From NCBI GenBank assembly GCA_036867785.1, contig CP145411.1, forward strand, positions 806,001 through 870,000: 64,000 nt of DNA. Reading direction: 5' to 3'. The notes beneath the pieces were generated by a model that was not told the origin of the DNA, did no database searches, and was given only the letters and a program-made list of their open reading frames with translations. The DNA comes from Plasmodiophora brassicae. Lineage: Eukaryota. Within the stretch, counting starts at the first letter, position 1. Every line of letters begins with the position of its first letter. The translations under genes and the position numbers were made by a program. This document shows positions 23,835 to 37,741 of this stretch, piece after piece.

Positions 23835-23913
23835 CGCTCCCTGCCATCGTCTGTAATGTTCGTGTGTCGCCGGCACGTTCCCGAACAGCGGCAGAACGTG
23901 GTGTCTGTTTCGA

Positions 23914-24999
23914 TTACGCTAGGCCTCGAGCGACAGCCAGCTCGGCGTTGAGGAGCGATCCGCCCGCAGCGCCAATGACGGTGTTGTGGCTCAGCAACGT
24001 GAACTTGACGTCGAGCAGGGTGCATGCGCGGACACGCCCAACGGTGATCGTGTACCCTCGCCCGCAGTCCCGATCCAGCCTCGGTTGCGGGCGATCGTCG
24101 GCGCTGAGTACGACGATGGGGGACGCCGGCGCCGACGGTAACTTGTACTGGGCCACCGGCGATTCGTACTGCGACAAGGCATCGCGCACCTCGTCCGCTG
24201 TAGCCGGGCGTCGTAACTTGACGGAACAGCAGGCCAGGTGCCCGTCGCGAACACAGACACGGTTGCACTGAGCGCTCAGCGTCATCTCAGCGGGCCGGAA
24301 CGCCCCGTTTCGCCATTCGCCCAGAATCTTGAGCGGCTCGGATTCGAGCTTGTCCTCTTCGCCCGGGATGTACGGGACGACGTTGTCGACGATGTCCATT
24401 GCCGGGACACCTGGGTACCCAGCACCGGAGACAGCCTGCATCGTCACGACCAAGGCGGAATCGATTCCGAACGCCTGCTGAAGCGGCCGCAGGGCAACCA
24501 CCAGGCCGGTGCTGGCACAGTTCGCGTTCGCGATGATGAACCCGGAACGCCCGTTCTTCGACGCGCGAGACTGTGCAAACGCGGCTTCCAGATGGTCGGG
24601 GTTCACGAACGGTATCAGCACCGGCACGTCGGCGTCCATCCGATGGGGGCCCGCGTTGGTGAACACGGCGAAACCCGCGTTGGCGAACTCGGACTCAATA
24701 TCGCCGGCCACCGACGAATCCAGTGCGGAGAATATGATCTGGACGCCTTCGAACTCCCTGGGGACGCAGGGCCGCACGACGAACTCGGACACGGCGTCGG
24801 GGAGCGCCGTGTCCAGCTTCCAGCTGCACGCGCGGGCATACGTCTGGCCGGCCGACCGCGATGACGCGCCGACGGCAACCAGCTCGAACCAGGGATGATC
24901 GGCCAGGCGCTCGACGAATCGCTGGCCGACGAGGCCCGTTGCACCGAGGATGGCCACTGTTCGCCGCCGGGGCCTGCCGTCGCCATCCTCCACTGTCAT
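23914..24999 (-). CDS. asd: Aspartate-semialdehyde dehydrogenase (fungal/archaeal type), intronless
   Basis: [12 protein letters not shown], catalytic [43 protein letters not shown]. Confidence 0.96.
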   Translation of the reverse strand: MTVEDGDGRPRRRTVAILGATGLVGQRFVERLADHPWFELVAVGASSRSAGQTYARACSWKLDTALPDAVSEFVVRPCVPREFEGVQIIFSALDSSVAGDIESEFANAGFAVFTNAGPHRMDADVPVLIPFVNPDHLEAAFAQSRASKNGRSGFIIANANCASTGLVVALRPLQQAFGIDSALVVTMQAVSGAGYPGVPAMDIVDNVVPYIPGEEDKLESEPLKILGEWRNGAFRPAEMTLSAQCNRVCVRDGHLACCSVKLRRPATADEVRDALSQYESPVAQYKLPSAPASPIVVLSADDRPQPRLDRDCGRGYTITVGRVRACTLLDVKFTLLSHNTVIGAAGGSLLNAELAVARGLA

Positions 25000-25127
25000 C
25001 TTGTCTTGAGACTACGAACCCGAATGTTTTTTTTGGGATCGCAGGCCACTGCGACGACGACGACCAGCGTTGCAGTTCCAGTTCCGATTGGATTGTTCCG
25101 GATGTAAGATGACAATTGACGAGGTGT

Positions 25128-28100
25128 TTAGGTCTTACGCTTAAGTTCCTCGATACGTGCCCGTAACGTGCTCAGGGATGGTGTCGTAGTCGACGGGGGC
25201 AGCGAGGACGGCGCAGCAGGCTTGTGGTCTGGAGGAGCAGGCGCAGAACGAGCAACGTTCGAGGGTGCCCCGGAGCCGTTCTCCTTGGCGTCGTTGGTTA
25301 CGGCGGCTGGCGGTGCGAGATTGACACGGTTCCGCAGCATCGCGAGGGACGTATCCACACCCGGAGGAGCGCTGGTGCTGGGGATAGAGCTGATCGATTT
25401 CGTGGGGCTCCCGGCAGCGAGTCTCGGTTCGGAGGAGGACGACCCTTGGGTTCTGGAGCGTAGAAGTCTAAACCGCTCCTGATAGGACAGCACTCTGGAT
25501 GTCGTACTTCCGCCTTGGGCGCCACTCGCATTCTCTGCCGCTGCTGGCTCGGAACGCGCTCGGATACGACTTTCGACCTGACGAAGTAGTATGAGGGCAC
25601 AGTGTACATGGCAACATCAAAGACAAACATTTGCCAGGTATGGTTCAAGGTCCGCGCGATCACTGGAGCGACTAAATGCCCCTTTGGTGTCGGGAACTGC
25701 AGGTGAGCGACCATCCGACAGGCTGAGTCGGTGAACTCCTTCAATAACAGGCGCGCGCAAGCTGGTATCATCGCTGCCCTGCACCGGCGCTGAGGGAGCC
25801 TTTGACGCGGCGGGAAGCCTCTCATTGATGATCTCCCTTAGCAAGGCGCCTTTCGGAACGCCAACGATGTCCTGTAGAATCGATGCGCCACGAAGCTCGA
25901 CGAGTTTAACAACCAGGGTGAATACCGTCTGTACCGACCATCAGATATGCTTCATACATTTGCCATGCATCCTGTACTTACGTTCCACGGTTTCTGAACT
26001 CCAATTTGATCGGAGCGCGCTTCCCAGAATGACTGCGGGTGGCGTTCGAGGAAATCGTGAACTTCACCAAGAAGCATTTGCAGTTTCAGCCGTTCGTGTG
26101 TCTTGTCCAGCGTTTTAATAAGCTTTACAATACAGCGACAGATAAGCGTGCACAGCCTGCGCGATGTTAAACGCCATGGCTGACATATACAGGATTCCAA
26201 CTTACAAGCCGCGGTCTACAACGACCGTATGGGACCAGAGATCAGTAAGGCTACGAATTAGGGCAGCGAAACAGCGGGAGCGATCAGTCGTCTCGAGCGA
26301 CTTGAGAACCAGGATGTTCAGCATTGCAATGCTTGACTTGCTGTGAGGACCCTCGAGCCGTTTGTCCAGCATGGCGCTCAACACGACTTCATAGAAAAAC
26401 TGCAGCGTATCTATGCTCACACCAAGGGCTAAATCGTGACAATCGCCATGAGCTTTGAGGATCGACGCGAGCGCATCAATAGCTGGACTCAGCAACCGCT
26501 GATTGCCTCGCGGTCCAATGGCACTCCGTATCTGCCAATATCACGGGTTAGTAGGACGGGCATCAGGGGTCACAGCAGCATACCTGTTGAAGCAGCAGTG
26601 TGACTAGCTTGTTGACTTCCTTTGCTATTGGCATATCCAGCCCTGCGTTCAGTACGATTCGCTTATGAACCATCTTCATCGCCTCGAGCTTCGTATCGTC
26701 GATACCAAACTCAAGATCGTTAATGAGTTTGTTAACGGCTGCGCTGTCGTCGCTTGTCGGCTCGTCTCCGAAGATGTGAGGCTGAAGACGGTTTGTACTA
26801 GGTACCCTCAATGCGGTTGGTACAGCATCACTCGGAGCCTGTGGACATGTTGATTAAGAGCAATGATGACGACAAGTAGCGATCTCTACCGAAGACTCGG
26901 CTTTCCGTTCAGCAGCTGCTCCCTGAGTATCACGAGGAGTTCCAGCGATGCCAACCTCTTCAAGGTCAAGTCGGAACATGTCATCGTCATCGGCGTGCTG
27001 AATGCTAGCTTTCGAAGGTGGATCTGCAGCACGAGCGACTGACGTCAGAGACGTCGGTGCTGGGACAGCAGAGGTGCCTTCAGAAGACTTGGGACGTCCA
27101 ATTCGAGGAGATTGTGGGGCGGCAGGTGGACGCTTGAATTGCTTCTCCATGACTTTGCGAACCTTGTCTGGAAGGTCAGAGCCGAGTCTGCTCCAGAAAA
27201 CGGAATCGCCCAAATCGTTGTACGCCCTTTGCAACAGGGAAATGGCCGCATTTCGCATCGACGAATCATGGCTAGTAACGAACTCTGCAACGACTTGCAG
27301 CGCCTTGCGCGGGACAACTCCATCGACGCCGCCGTTCTTGACCGACAAGGCAACGAGCTCATCCATGCACGATGACTTGACCCGACTGTTCTTCGACACC
27401 ATTATACCATCGAACAAAAACTTGCCAACAAGAGAAGGCGACCAGGCATCGGCAGAAAGCTTCAGGAGCTCGCGGGCACGAGTCCTGAGGGGCGCCTTAT
27501 TATGGCCTAACTGTTATGCCACATGAACGTTAGAATATCTCCCAATGGAAGGCGTAGTGCACCAACCAGTTTTTCGACAAGTACAGGAACAATGCAGTTC
27601 GCGTCGTATTCATCGAGACCGGCGCAGGACGAGAGTGTTGACGAGCAGAACTCTAGGGCTTTGACAACAACCTGCGTTTTGTCCTCCGCGATCCGAAGTG
27701 ATGTCCAGGCAAGCAACAGATCGCGAACGGATGCGAACGCACAAGGTGCGGCTTGAGAAATGGTATCAAACGCGACAACGTGCTTCTGGAAATCAACGGA
27801 AAACATATCTTGGTGCAGAGACGCAGACACCCACGGAAGAATGAGCTCGCTCAAATGAGCCTGGTCTTCAGCAGTCCATTCCTGGTAGCCCACATTGTTC
27901 TGTCGCCAACGACTGTCTCGCCGGCTCTGAATTGCTTTGCCATCACAGACCCGAATGTCATCGGAGTCAGCTACAGGCTGAGGATGGGACCCAGGGACAG
28001 GCTCGACGCTTCGGGATCGTTTCACGCGCTTTGGGCCGCTGTCTGCTGCGCCTGGCTTACGTTTCCGTAATGTACGCGACAATGCTTTACGAGGCGCGGC

Positions 28101-31100
28101 AGTATGCGATACACCGGAGTGTGTAGAGCCCTTTGTTGGTCCAGATGGCATAGCAGGCGAGCAGGAAACTGAGGGCTGAACTGCAGGTAAGTCTTGATTG
28201 CCAAGCTTGTCGAGGCATGGCATGACTGTCATTTGAGCAGTACGGGGCAACGACTGCGCGCAGGAACGAATCGCAGGGAGACCGACAATTCCAGCCAAGA
28301 ACGACAATAGTTTCTCAGCAAGGGCCCGTACCCCAACAATTTTGTCTTGAACGCAAGACAGTACAGCAGGCACCATTTGAGATGCAGAAGACTCGCCGAG
28401 GTCACCAGGTGACGCCGACAGCCGGCGAAGCAAGACGTCAAGCAGACCTTCACGAAGCAACTGCGAATCGAAACCCTTGATAATCGCCGGAATTGCAGAC
28501 TGGAGAGCACTTCCCTGAATCCAAGCCAAAAGAGCATCTCTAGCCAATCCAGCGATTTGTTTCTTGCTATCAGCAACCAAAGTATGCACTGAGGCGACAA
28601 CGGCTTTGGCATGTCGAGTAATCCCGCTGGGGCCCAGGTCGTCGCCCAACGTTCGAAGGACGCCCAGCGCAGTCAAGACCAGTAGTTTGTTCGCGTCGGA
28701 AACTCTTGCCAGAACTGCCTTGACAAGATCCCTAACGTTCGGCTGAATGTGGTGATGTGCAGCCTCCAGAATGGATGAAACGGTATCCAGTGCCGCCTTG
28801 CGCTCTTTCCAGGCATCGCAATCCATTTGCTGCAAAAGCTTCCCAGTTATCTTCGAACTAATATCGGCCCGTTCAAGTACGAATCCGCTATTTCCTTTGG
28901 AGTTCTTGGCCTTTGACGAGCTACTATCTGGGAGTGTGCCGCGTTTGAAGCGTGTCGGTGTAAGAATGCCAGATCCAGGAGTGATGGCGTCGATGTCTGC
29001 TTCGACGACTTTAGCCAGAGCGGGTTTGAGTCCATCGAGAATGGCAGACCGCATGGGAGGGCTGCCAACCTGCTTGTACATTTCCAGCAGCAAAGACGTC
29101 GTTTCAGTGCGTACACCAGCGGATGAATGAGCAAGCCAAGTCTTGCTGGCATCGACAATGCCTTTCAGGGCCATGGTACTGGCACCGAAGTCGATCAAGA
29201 TTGTACGTAGTGCAGTAACGACGCCTTGCAAGGCTTTGGGATTTTTGACAGAAGCTGATTTCGAAAGAATCATTGGGACGATTGCAGCGGGACCGAGCGC
29301 CTCACAAAGGGCCAGGCAGCAATCGAGAGCGGTAGCGTTGAGCTTCGGATCGCCTAACTTATTCAGCAGAGCCACAAGAGGCGGTGAAGCAAGCCTTGTC
29401 GAAAACGCAGTGGACACTGAAGCAAGCTTCGCAACCATCTCGAACATAAGCGCATTAACTTGAAAGTTCACTTCTTTCCAGCCTGGGGTCTTGTTGATCG
29501 TGTACAGCAACGGCTGGCACAAGTCAGTAACACCAAAGCCTTCTTCGTCGATGCGAGAGTTGATGAATTCCATGGCTGCAACTCGTTCTTTCCAGTTCTT
29601 CGAGGAGAGTTGAACAACAACCTCAGGTGTCATTTTCTCGGCTAGTAGAGCGGATGCCTCCTCGAAAGCTAATGCTGGCAATGCTGTGTCGTTAACAGGT
29701 ACAGGATTGACGGTCCTGTGTACCGAGGTTGCCGACGATCCGGAGTTCCCAGACTCGACAGCCGGTGACGAACTGGGCTCGCCAGGAACAGAAGATGGTG
29801 GAAGAGCTGGCGTCTCGTCAACTGGCGGTTTCGATCGCAGGGCTGGAAGTGGTGGCGACCGTTGCAAGCGTTTTGGGAGCTTCGGCCGCGAAGCATGCTT
29901 CTTCGGTGTAGTTGCATCAATCTCGAAAGCCATCGGTCGTGAAGCAGGCTGTTTAGGTTGCGTTGTGCCAGTCTCGAAAACCATCGCTTTGGGTCCTTGA
30001 CCACGAGTCGGGCTAGATGCTGCAAAGTCGGAGCCCTTGTCATCGGTATCTCGCTGTTCAACGACAGCTGGGGCAGAGTTCCGCTTAGGAGTGCGTTTCG
30101 TTTGCGAATCGCCAGCTCTTGGCGCCGGATCGCGTGCAGGAATCGAAGAAGCGATTTCGACAGCGAGGTCACGAATTTTACGGCATCGAGTCGAATCACG
30201 CGACTCAAACTCGGGAAGGAATCTCGAAAAGAAAGGGTCGGACTCTCCGGAGACGGCCAGCAGAGCGGCAAGAGCACCAAGAGCGTTGGCGCGAACGTCC
30301 CCAGCACTGTGATCCAAGTTGTTCGATATGGCAGTGCCTGAATAACGATCAGATTCTTATGAGCGTAGGAATGGTTGCTGATTACCAAGCGCAGCGATGA
30401 AATTCTTCTTAATACAAGACGGCGCAAGTTTAGGCAAAGCGGACGACAGCCATTGCAGAAGATCAGCGGCGACCTTGGGCGTTTTGTGGCCAAGACCAGC
30501 AACGAGGTCATCAAGAACGGGACTTAAGTCATGGCCAAGCGTCTAAATCGACAGAGCAACAATAAGAAGGCTGCACACTGACAGACGTTATGTTGGTACC
30601 TTATCTGTGAACGTGTCGAGGAAAGATAGGGCTGGACCGATCACCATATGTTTCTTTTCTTTCAACGCCTGAATCACTTGGGGAAACATTGGCAAAGCAA
30701 GAGGAAGAAACTGGGCTGAAGGAAGTCCTGCGGCCAGATTGCTGAAAGCGGCAATCGCTTGGCCGGCTACCATGATGTTGTTGTCTGAAAGTTGGGTCCG
30801 CACAGCATCAACGACGTCCGCAACTTCGTGGCTCCACTTCATCTGGCCGCGGCTGGATGTAATGGACACCAACGTATCAATGGCAGCCTAAATGGGTGTC
30901 AGACTTGAAGATATAACACATTAAAGCGGGTGCTATAAACCTTTCGATCTTTCCACTTATCACTTCGCATCTCGTCTATCCACGATGAAGGTAACTTGAC
31001 CATGATGTCGAGAACAGAGCGGTCAGTGTTTGGTGCCGAAATGGAGAGTCCTGAGGGCTGCGGAATAGAGCCGTCAGCGCGTCTAACTGTTCTTGCTGGA

Positions 31101-32147
31101 GTATGTGATTTGACAGTTATAGAATCGAACAGAGCGTTAAGGTCCTGAAACAGGTAAGCTCACGAAGCGTACATGTAGCGAGTGCAACGGACTACCTTCT
31201 CCTGAGCCGAACGAATTTCCATTCGACCAATCGCGTCTCGAAATTCAACTCCTCGGTATGTGTACATTGCGGAACATAGCTTCATTGCTGTCGCTCGGCA
31301 AGTATCATTCAAGTGGTTGAGCATCGAAGGCACGCGGTCGTCGATGGCGCGAACAGGCACCGCTTTGCAACCAAATTCCTTGTAGGTACAAATTAGTTTC
31401 ATTTCCAGGTGGTTGCATTGGTTCCGCGTACCTCGACAGCAGTTAAAATCGATTGGACACATGCCGTTGTAATCTTTGGCAACTTGTTTTCCAGTCCCGC
31501 CAGCAATTCATCAAAGACGACGTTGCCATGACCCCGTTCAATCAGTTTCATGATAATTTCCGTAGCGTCACTCAACATTCTCGGGTTGCCCTTAAACGCA
31601 TCAGAAACAACAGTTTTCGCCAGGGTTCCAGCGAGCTCTCCCGGTATAGTAACACGATCGACGAACGCCTGGCATGTCAGTAGTCCCTTTGCCTTTGCAC
31701 ATGCGTTTATATCGCCCGCCATCTTGGGTAGGAGTTCAATGTACTCTGTAAGCGTATGCCTACATGCAATTATTTCAGCAACAATATAGCACGAGCGATT
31801 TCACTTGACAAACAGGTCATTAGCGGTTGCACCAGACACTTGATTGCCCAATTCTGTATAAGCAATAGTCCGCTCTTTCCACTGCTTGGAAATTAGGCGT
31901 TTGCCTAAAGGGACGGTTGCTGCCGGATCCTCGTCCACTGGGACAAATCCAGGTGGGTATTCTGGCGGTGCGACCCATGCCTTTATGATCAATCAGAACC
32001 GAATTTGCTGAAGGATGCTCAACGCAGGCTTACTGTCGTCCTCCGCCATTCGTCGTCATGCTTGATAGGTGTGAACGCCACCGGACGTCCCTCTTCGCCG
32101 CCATTCTCCTCTGTAATACCCGGCGTAGTGTCGTCGGCGGCCGCCAT
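25128..32147 (-). CDS. CKAP5: XMAP215/ch-TOG/MOR1 microtubule polymerase, multi-exon
   Basis: Repeated TOG signatures: KRLISKQWKER, EMRSDKWKDR, LSSKNWKERVAAM, KTPGWKEVNFQV, CDAWKERKAAL, SVDFQKHV. Probable ATG at 32147. Confidence 0.9.
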
Positions 32148-32651
32148 GGTCCGGAAGTCGACCAGTGGTTCTCCCCAAGCAACTGAGCGTCTGCGGTGTT
32201 TTGCCACCAACTCAAGCGGGGAGACCGCACAGGCGCAGGCACTGCCGACGACCGCAGGTCAGGGATACACCGAGTTCTTTGTTTCGGGGGGCCGCACCCA
32301 CCATGGTCCATGTGTTCCGTTTCGGCAGGTTCATTCGATAGCGGTTTGGCAAGGGCCAGACGTTTGACCTGTCACACGACATAATCAAACTTCAATGTGG
32401 TACTGCAAACTATGCCTGAAGATAGTATCTCTGGCGATGACGGAAATGTGCCCGTTTGCAACATGTCCTGCCAGCAGACTCGGTACTTACTGTACGTTTC
32501 TTCGCTTAAAGCTGGACAAGCGGGCCCCCGTGCATGTCTGGTGGGTGTCGTGGTGGCGGCTCGAGAGAGTGGAAAGTCCGTAGGGCAGTCGTGCGACGTC
32601 GGTGATCGTGGCGCGGCGTGAGTCGCGTCTCGAGGGGACGGTTCGTCAACC

Positions 32652-33800
32652 ATGGCACACTACATGCCACCCCATATGCTGGCGCTGTTCGCTCCAAGGC
32701 CGCCTTTACCGTATCAGGAGCCTCTGGAGCCGAAGCGTGGCCGGCCATTGACCGGTTTGGCTGCCTTCAAGAGCTCGTTTCAGGACCCGGCGACGCTACC
32801 ACCGCTTGTCAAACATGAAACCGCACCTGAGAAACGGGCGCGCCGAGCTAAGAAGCAGGCCGCGAAAACAGCCGCTAGGATTGCGTCTCAGGCGAAGCGA
32901 TGTACTGGAAATTATGTTCGATATGCCTCTTGATGTTGACGCACGTCTTGTAGGGAACCCGCAAGAGAACCCGAATGCAACTGAAGATGCCTACAAAACG
33001 CTGTTCATCACTCGTTTGGATTACAACGTCACTGAAGACCAACTCAAGAAGGAGTTGAGCAATTGCGGCCCTGTGAAATCTGTTCATATTGTCAAGGACC
33101 AGAAGACTTCCAAGCCCCGAGGATACGCGTTTGTTGAATTCGAGCACGAGAAAGATCTTAAACGTATGGACTTTATCACGTCGTTAGCCGTGTTTCTTAC
33201 CGAGCTGGCTTTGCAGATGCTTACAAAGCGATGGACGGCAAGAAGTTGCTGAACAGGCGGGTCACTGTCGATGTGGAACGTGGGCGCACGGTGCCGAACT
33301 GGAAGCCGCGACGGCTTGGTGGTGGTCTAGGATCCACTCGCAAGACGAAAGAGAAGAAGCAGAAAGGTGCTGGCGCCCCTGCCCCGCTTCGCCGTGAAGA
33401 ATCAAGGGGCCAAGAGCGATCAGCACGGTCTGGCGGTTATGAGTCCCGAAGTGGTTACCGTCCTGAGCATGGTCGTGGCGGTGAGGGCCGAGGATACAGT
33501 GACCGAGGCCCGGGTCGTAGCGATGACCGTTACCGTGATGGTCGGGATCGTGATCGCCATCGCGATTATGAGCGAGACCGCGATCGTTCGCGTGGGCATT
33601 CCTATCGCGATGACAAGCCTTCCTACCGTCGATCGAGCCACGAGGACGATGATCGATCCCGGAGAGATGATCGCCGTTCGTCGCATGGAGACGACCGCCG
33701 GAACTCGTCTTCGTATGGAGGTGCTGACCGTCGGCCTCCGTCCTCAGGCCTGCCGTCCAATGGACCACCTTTACCGCCTCAGTCGCAGATCTTTGGCTAG
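32652..33800 (+). CDS. SNRNP70: U1 snRNP 70 kDa protein
   Basis: [63 protein letters not shown] and an RD/RS-rich tail. Two introns. Confidence 0.96.
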
Positions 33801-34307
33801 CTCCATATGCTGATACTCATTCTGTGCCTTGTGCGCGACGCTCTTCAAATACAGATCTCGCCCATGTCCTGTTAACCTGTTGTCAATGGAGTACTTTGGA
33901 ACGCATTAATGCCTTATACGGGTTGTTCGCAAAGACCCTGTCGCATCAGACGACCCCTGATGAATGCTGTACCGACGCAGGGTGGCGACGATGTGTTTGA
34001 TGATGTCCGGCCCGGCTTGAGTTTGTTGACAGACAGAGTAACCCAACGACGGCCAGTTCCCTTAGGGTTTGTCTTTGATCTCATTGTCGTTGTTTTGACG
34101 GACATCTGCCGCTTCGCTACAGGATACGTCATAATAATGGAGAGCGGCCGAGATTGCGTGGAAGTCCAAGCGACAATCTTCAGCCGCAGCCTCTACCGTT
34201 CATGCAGAGTACATGGTCCAGTACGATGGGAGCTTGGCACGTAAGCGGATCTTCAGATCTCCGTCACGGACTCCGGAAAGCCGGAGACTGTTCCGGAACC
34301 CGCGAAC

Positions 34308-35144
34308 ATGACAGAAGCGCCTGCCGTCAAGCATGATGGCAAGGAGAAGAAGCATAAGAAGCATAAGAAACGAGATCGGGAGTACGCAACCAAAACCAGC
34401 ACTACTGCCGAAATGGATCGCATTCCAGTTGCTGGTCCCGTGGAAAACGTCCATTGCATCAGCTCTGAAACGCTTGCTGGACTGCGACCCAAGAATCAGT
34501 TGTGGTTGTTCTCGTTCCCTTCAGGCGTAAGTCGGGTTATCCATGTATGTTATTATGACGGCTAAACAGTTTGTTTGCAGTTTCCTGTGGACAGCCCTGA
34601 TTTCGCTAGAACGGAACTGATCATTCCTGACAACCCTGACGTTTCAGGTGGCGTGATTGCTCGGTTTCAGTTGCAGTCGTGCGAATATGAGGTCTTCGAG
34701 GATCAGGCTCCAGAGGCTGTCGTCAATGTCGTACCAAACGTGAATCAGAATGAGCTTCTGTTGGGTCGACCGTTCTCCAGATCGTTCGTGATCCGCAAGC
34801 GCGTTGTCGTGCCTGAAGTCGACGTTGCCGGCCTGAACGTCAAACAAAAAGTCCCCCAGATCGTATCGTCTGCCAAGAACCGAGAGATTCTGGACGAAAC
34901 ACTTAACCGGACGCTGATGTCCAAGGAGCTCCCAGTGATTCCCGAACAGCATGGCAAGAAATCTCGAAAGTCGAAATCTGAGTCGTCAGACCGCGCGGAA
35001 CAGCTTGACGTGCAGAACGCCACCGACGCAGGAACGGTCTCCGGTGCGAAACGCAAGAGCAGAGAGCATCGGTCCTCAGAGAAAGAGTCGAAGAAGAAAA
35101 AGAAGAAGGACAAGGCGAAGCGGTCAGATGTGGGAGGTAGTTGA
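34308..35144 (+). CDS. Probable RNA polymerase I subunit RPA34-like protein
   Basis: QLWLFSFP motif, RPFSRSFVIRKRVVVPEVD and a lysine-rich C-terminal tail resemble A34.5. One intron, ~34527-34580. Confidence 0.55.
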
Positions 35145-35201
35145 AAACATATACGTCTGAATCGTTGCAACTTGCTTTATTTCGTATTTCGGTCACCGTC
35201 T

Positions 35202-36139
35202 TCACTGTCGGTATTGTTTCTTTTGACGGTTTGTATTCCTCGTAAACGCAGGAATGTGTCTACTTCTGCGAGCAAACCCTTGCAGGAATCCAGTTCATCT
35301 GTGCCGATGGTTCAGCATGCATGGAGCAGTGTTTAATCGAGACACTACCCTGTACTTCCTTGCACACCTCGTCCAGGAACGATTTGTCGATCCTGTCGCC
35401 CTGTTTCGGCACAGGCACGGTGATCGGTTTGGCTGGATTGATAGCAAAGGCGCCCTCCGAAGTGGGAGGGTTTGACGTCGTGGTCAGCTTGTAGAAGTCA
35501 TTACTGAGCCGTAGCCTCTGGCCGTCCAGGATGTCCAAACCGGGGCACAGGCTCAGAATCTTCTCTCGGTACCCTGGCTCAGAGCAAACTAGACGGGCCG
35601 GTAAGCATTACGTGCTGCGGGGCATATGTTCCGGGGACATGCCTGGGTTCGCTCGTGATCCGTCGATGTTTTGAAAGTAGACAGCCTTGAGGTTTGGAAG
35701 CGTTCCCAAACACTCGAGTTGGACCAAACTTCGAATTTGATTGCCTTGAATGTGGATGTATGCCAATGATGACAAGCCCCGGAATGGCTCTAAGGTACGC
35801 GATTAGTATAGGTTGTTTGGCAGGTAGGTAATGCCGTACCCAAACTCTCAGCGATGTTGCCGCTGATATTGACACGTTCGAGTTTCGTGCACGCTCGAAC
35901 AGGCGTCATGTCGAGAATCTCGTTATTATGGACATCGAGGTCCAGCAGGTTCACGCAGTGTTCAATATCACCGAGGCCTGTCAGACCTACAGAGCATCAG
36001 AAAAGTCGCGAGTGGCCTTGTTTGCTGGATTGCGCCAACCCTTACCTGCGTTCACCACAGTCAAAGAGAACACGCTCTCCACGTCGTATTTTCCGGTGGC
36101 AGCTTTGATGCTGTCAGCAGTCAGCTCGTTCTGCACCAT
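35202..36139 (-). CDS. Leucine-rich-repeat protein, LRRC61-like, multi-exon (3' end approximate)
   Basis: Spliced translation from ATG 36139: MVQNELTADSIKAATGKYDVESVFSLTVVNAGLTGLGDIEHCVNLLDLDVHNNEI...LERVNISGN. LRR-cap YREKILSLCPGLDILDGQR. Mostly missed by the ORF track. Confidence 0.75.
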
Positions 36140-36495
36140 CGCGTCGTCACGTCCAGGAGGACCTGATCCGCTTCTGTGCAGTCACAGTGTCCGATTGTTG
36201 ACGTGGGGCACTTGGCAATGATGTCAGACACACACACACTACAAATGCCGCAGCCATAAGGTACACAGAGGGCACCACAGCAATAAGACAGTCTTTGCTC
36301 TGTGCAAACAGTATAAACTCTGTTTGCTGCTACACTGTACACCGTCGGGGGTTCAATATGTGGCTGGCCTCTATGAAGTCGGCCAGCATTTTCAACAAAT
36401 CACCCCGGCCAGAACCTGAGCGACGCTTGACTTTCCACCTTCAGCCACATATCTGCGGGGCGTTTTTTTTGCGACCCCATTCGGCAATTGACGAG

Positions 36496-37341
36496 ATGGT
36501 GAGGTGTCGATCGTCTTCTGTTGGTGGCTCTGTCAGAACTCATCCGGGTCCTTGCTTTGTGTCCCTAGTCGATTCTCGAGTACAATGGATCGGCGATTGT
36601 CGCCATGGTCGGCAAGGACTGCGTTGCCATCGCCAGCGATACGCGCTATGGTGTTCAGGCGCAGACTGTTGCGACGGATATGGAGAAGGTAAATATCTGT
36701 GCACCCCATCTGTATACGTCCATTTTAATAATGTGCCAGATTTTCAAAATGCATGACCGACTTTACGTCGGCTTGTCAGGATTGGCGACCGATATGCAAA
36801 CTGTTCGCAACACGCTTCAGTTCCAGCTGAAGCTGTACAAACTGCGAGAGGAACGCGAAATCGAACCTCACGTCTTCGCGAATCTCGTATCTACTATGCT
36901 GTACTCGAAAAGGTTTCGAGCTCATATACATGCTGCATCCCATTTTTAATTTATGTTGTAGATTCGGGCCATACTTTGTTGAACCTGTCGTTGCTGGCAT
37001 TGACAAGAAAGGAAAGCCGTTTATCTGTGCCATGGATTTGATCGGGGCCCCCGTATTCGCGGAGGACTTCGTTGTTAGCGGGACGGCGTCCGAAGAATTG
37101 TACGGTACATGCGAAAGCCTGTACACCCCGAATCTGGGCCCTGAAGAGCTGTTCGAAACCGTCTCCCAAGCGCTGTTGGCCGCCGTCGACCGTGATTGCT
37201 TGTCAGGTTGGGGCGCTACTGTTCACATTATGTACGTATACCGCGCTCAAGGCTGGCAATCTGATCTGAACGGTGTTCGGATGCGTGTTTAGCACAAAGG
37301 ATGGCGTTACGTCGCGGAAGCTCAAATGCCGCCAAGACTGA
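36496..37341 (+). CDS. PSMB3: 20S proteasome subunit beta-3
   Basis: ATG|intron|[60 protein letters not shown], ending KLKCRQD*. Confidence 0.96.
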
Positions 37342-37632
37342 ACATCAGCTGTCGGCCTTATACAACGGAATAAAGCAGTCCCAGAACCCCTGGCAATTAT
37401 TGGACATATCTGTGCTTGCTGTGGATCGTTCATGCAGCAAGGACCTTGCTTCCCGGCCCTCAGCTTCGCGGATCGTGACAAATGTTCCCAAGACGAATCG
37501 ATCAGGCAACACAGAAACGCCCCCGGTAGCTATGTAATGTTGAGTCCAACGAGGCGAGTCTCGTTTGGGTGCGATAAACGGTATCTGAGCGGTGGGGTAT
37601 CCCTGGTGGTGTACATAGTAGCCGAGCGGGCA

Positions 37633-37655
37633 GGGGGGGGGGGGGGGGGGGGGGG
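37633..37655 (+). repeat. Poly-G homopolymer (23 G)
   Basis: Directly visible in the PSMB3-HGSNAT intergenic region. Confidence 0.95.
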
Positions 37656-37741
37656 CTGGTCTTTCCTAACGCTGAATATGACATGCTGGCCGGCCGCCTG
37701 ATTCAGTGCGACCCGTCCCGTCACTCGGTTACGATACGCCG

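Noticed and set aside
23914-24999. Intronless asd as a possible horizontal transfer
   Set aside because: The sequence is the type normally found in fungi and other eukaryotes, and other native genes here (RPL27A, NF-YB) also lack introns. No support without a phylogeny.
33914-34244. Short ORFs and box-C-like TGATGA between SNRNP70 and the RPA34-like gene
   Set aside because: No protein motif, and no suitably placed box D or terminal stem for a snoRNA.
36304-36327. Small hairpin GCAAACAG-TATAAACT-CTGTTTGC in the LRRC61-like/PSMB3 divergent promoter
   Set aside because: An 8-bp stem can arise by chance and there is no second example.
37598-37632. tRNA A-box-like TAGCCGAGCGG before the poly-G run
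   Set aside because: No B-box (GGTTCGA) and no cloverleaf downstream.
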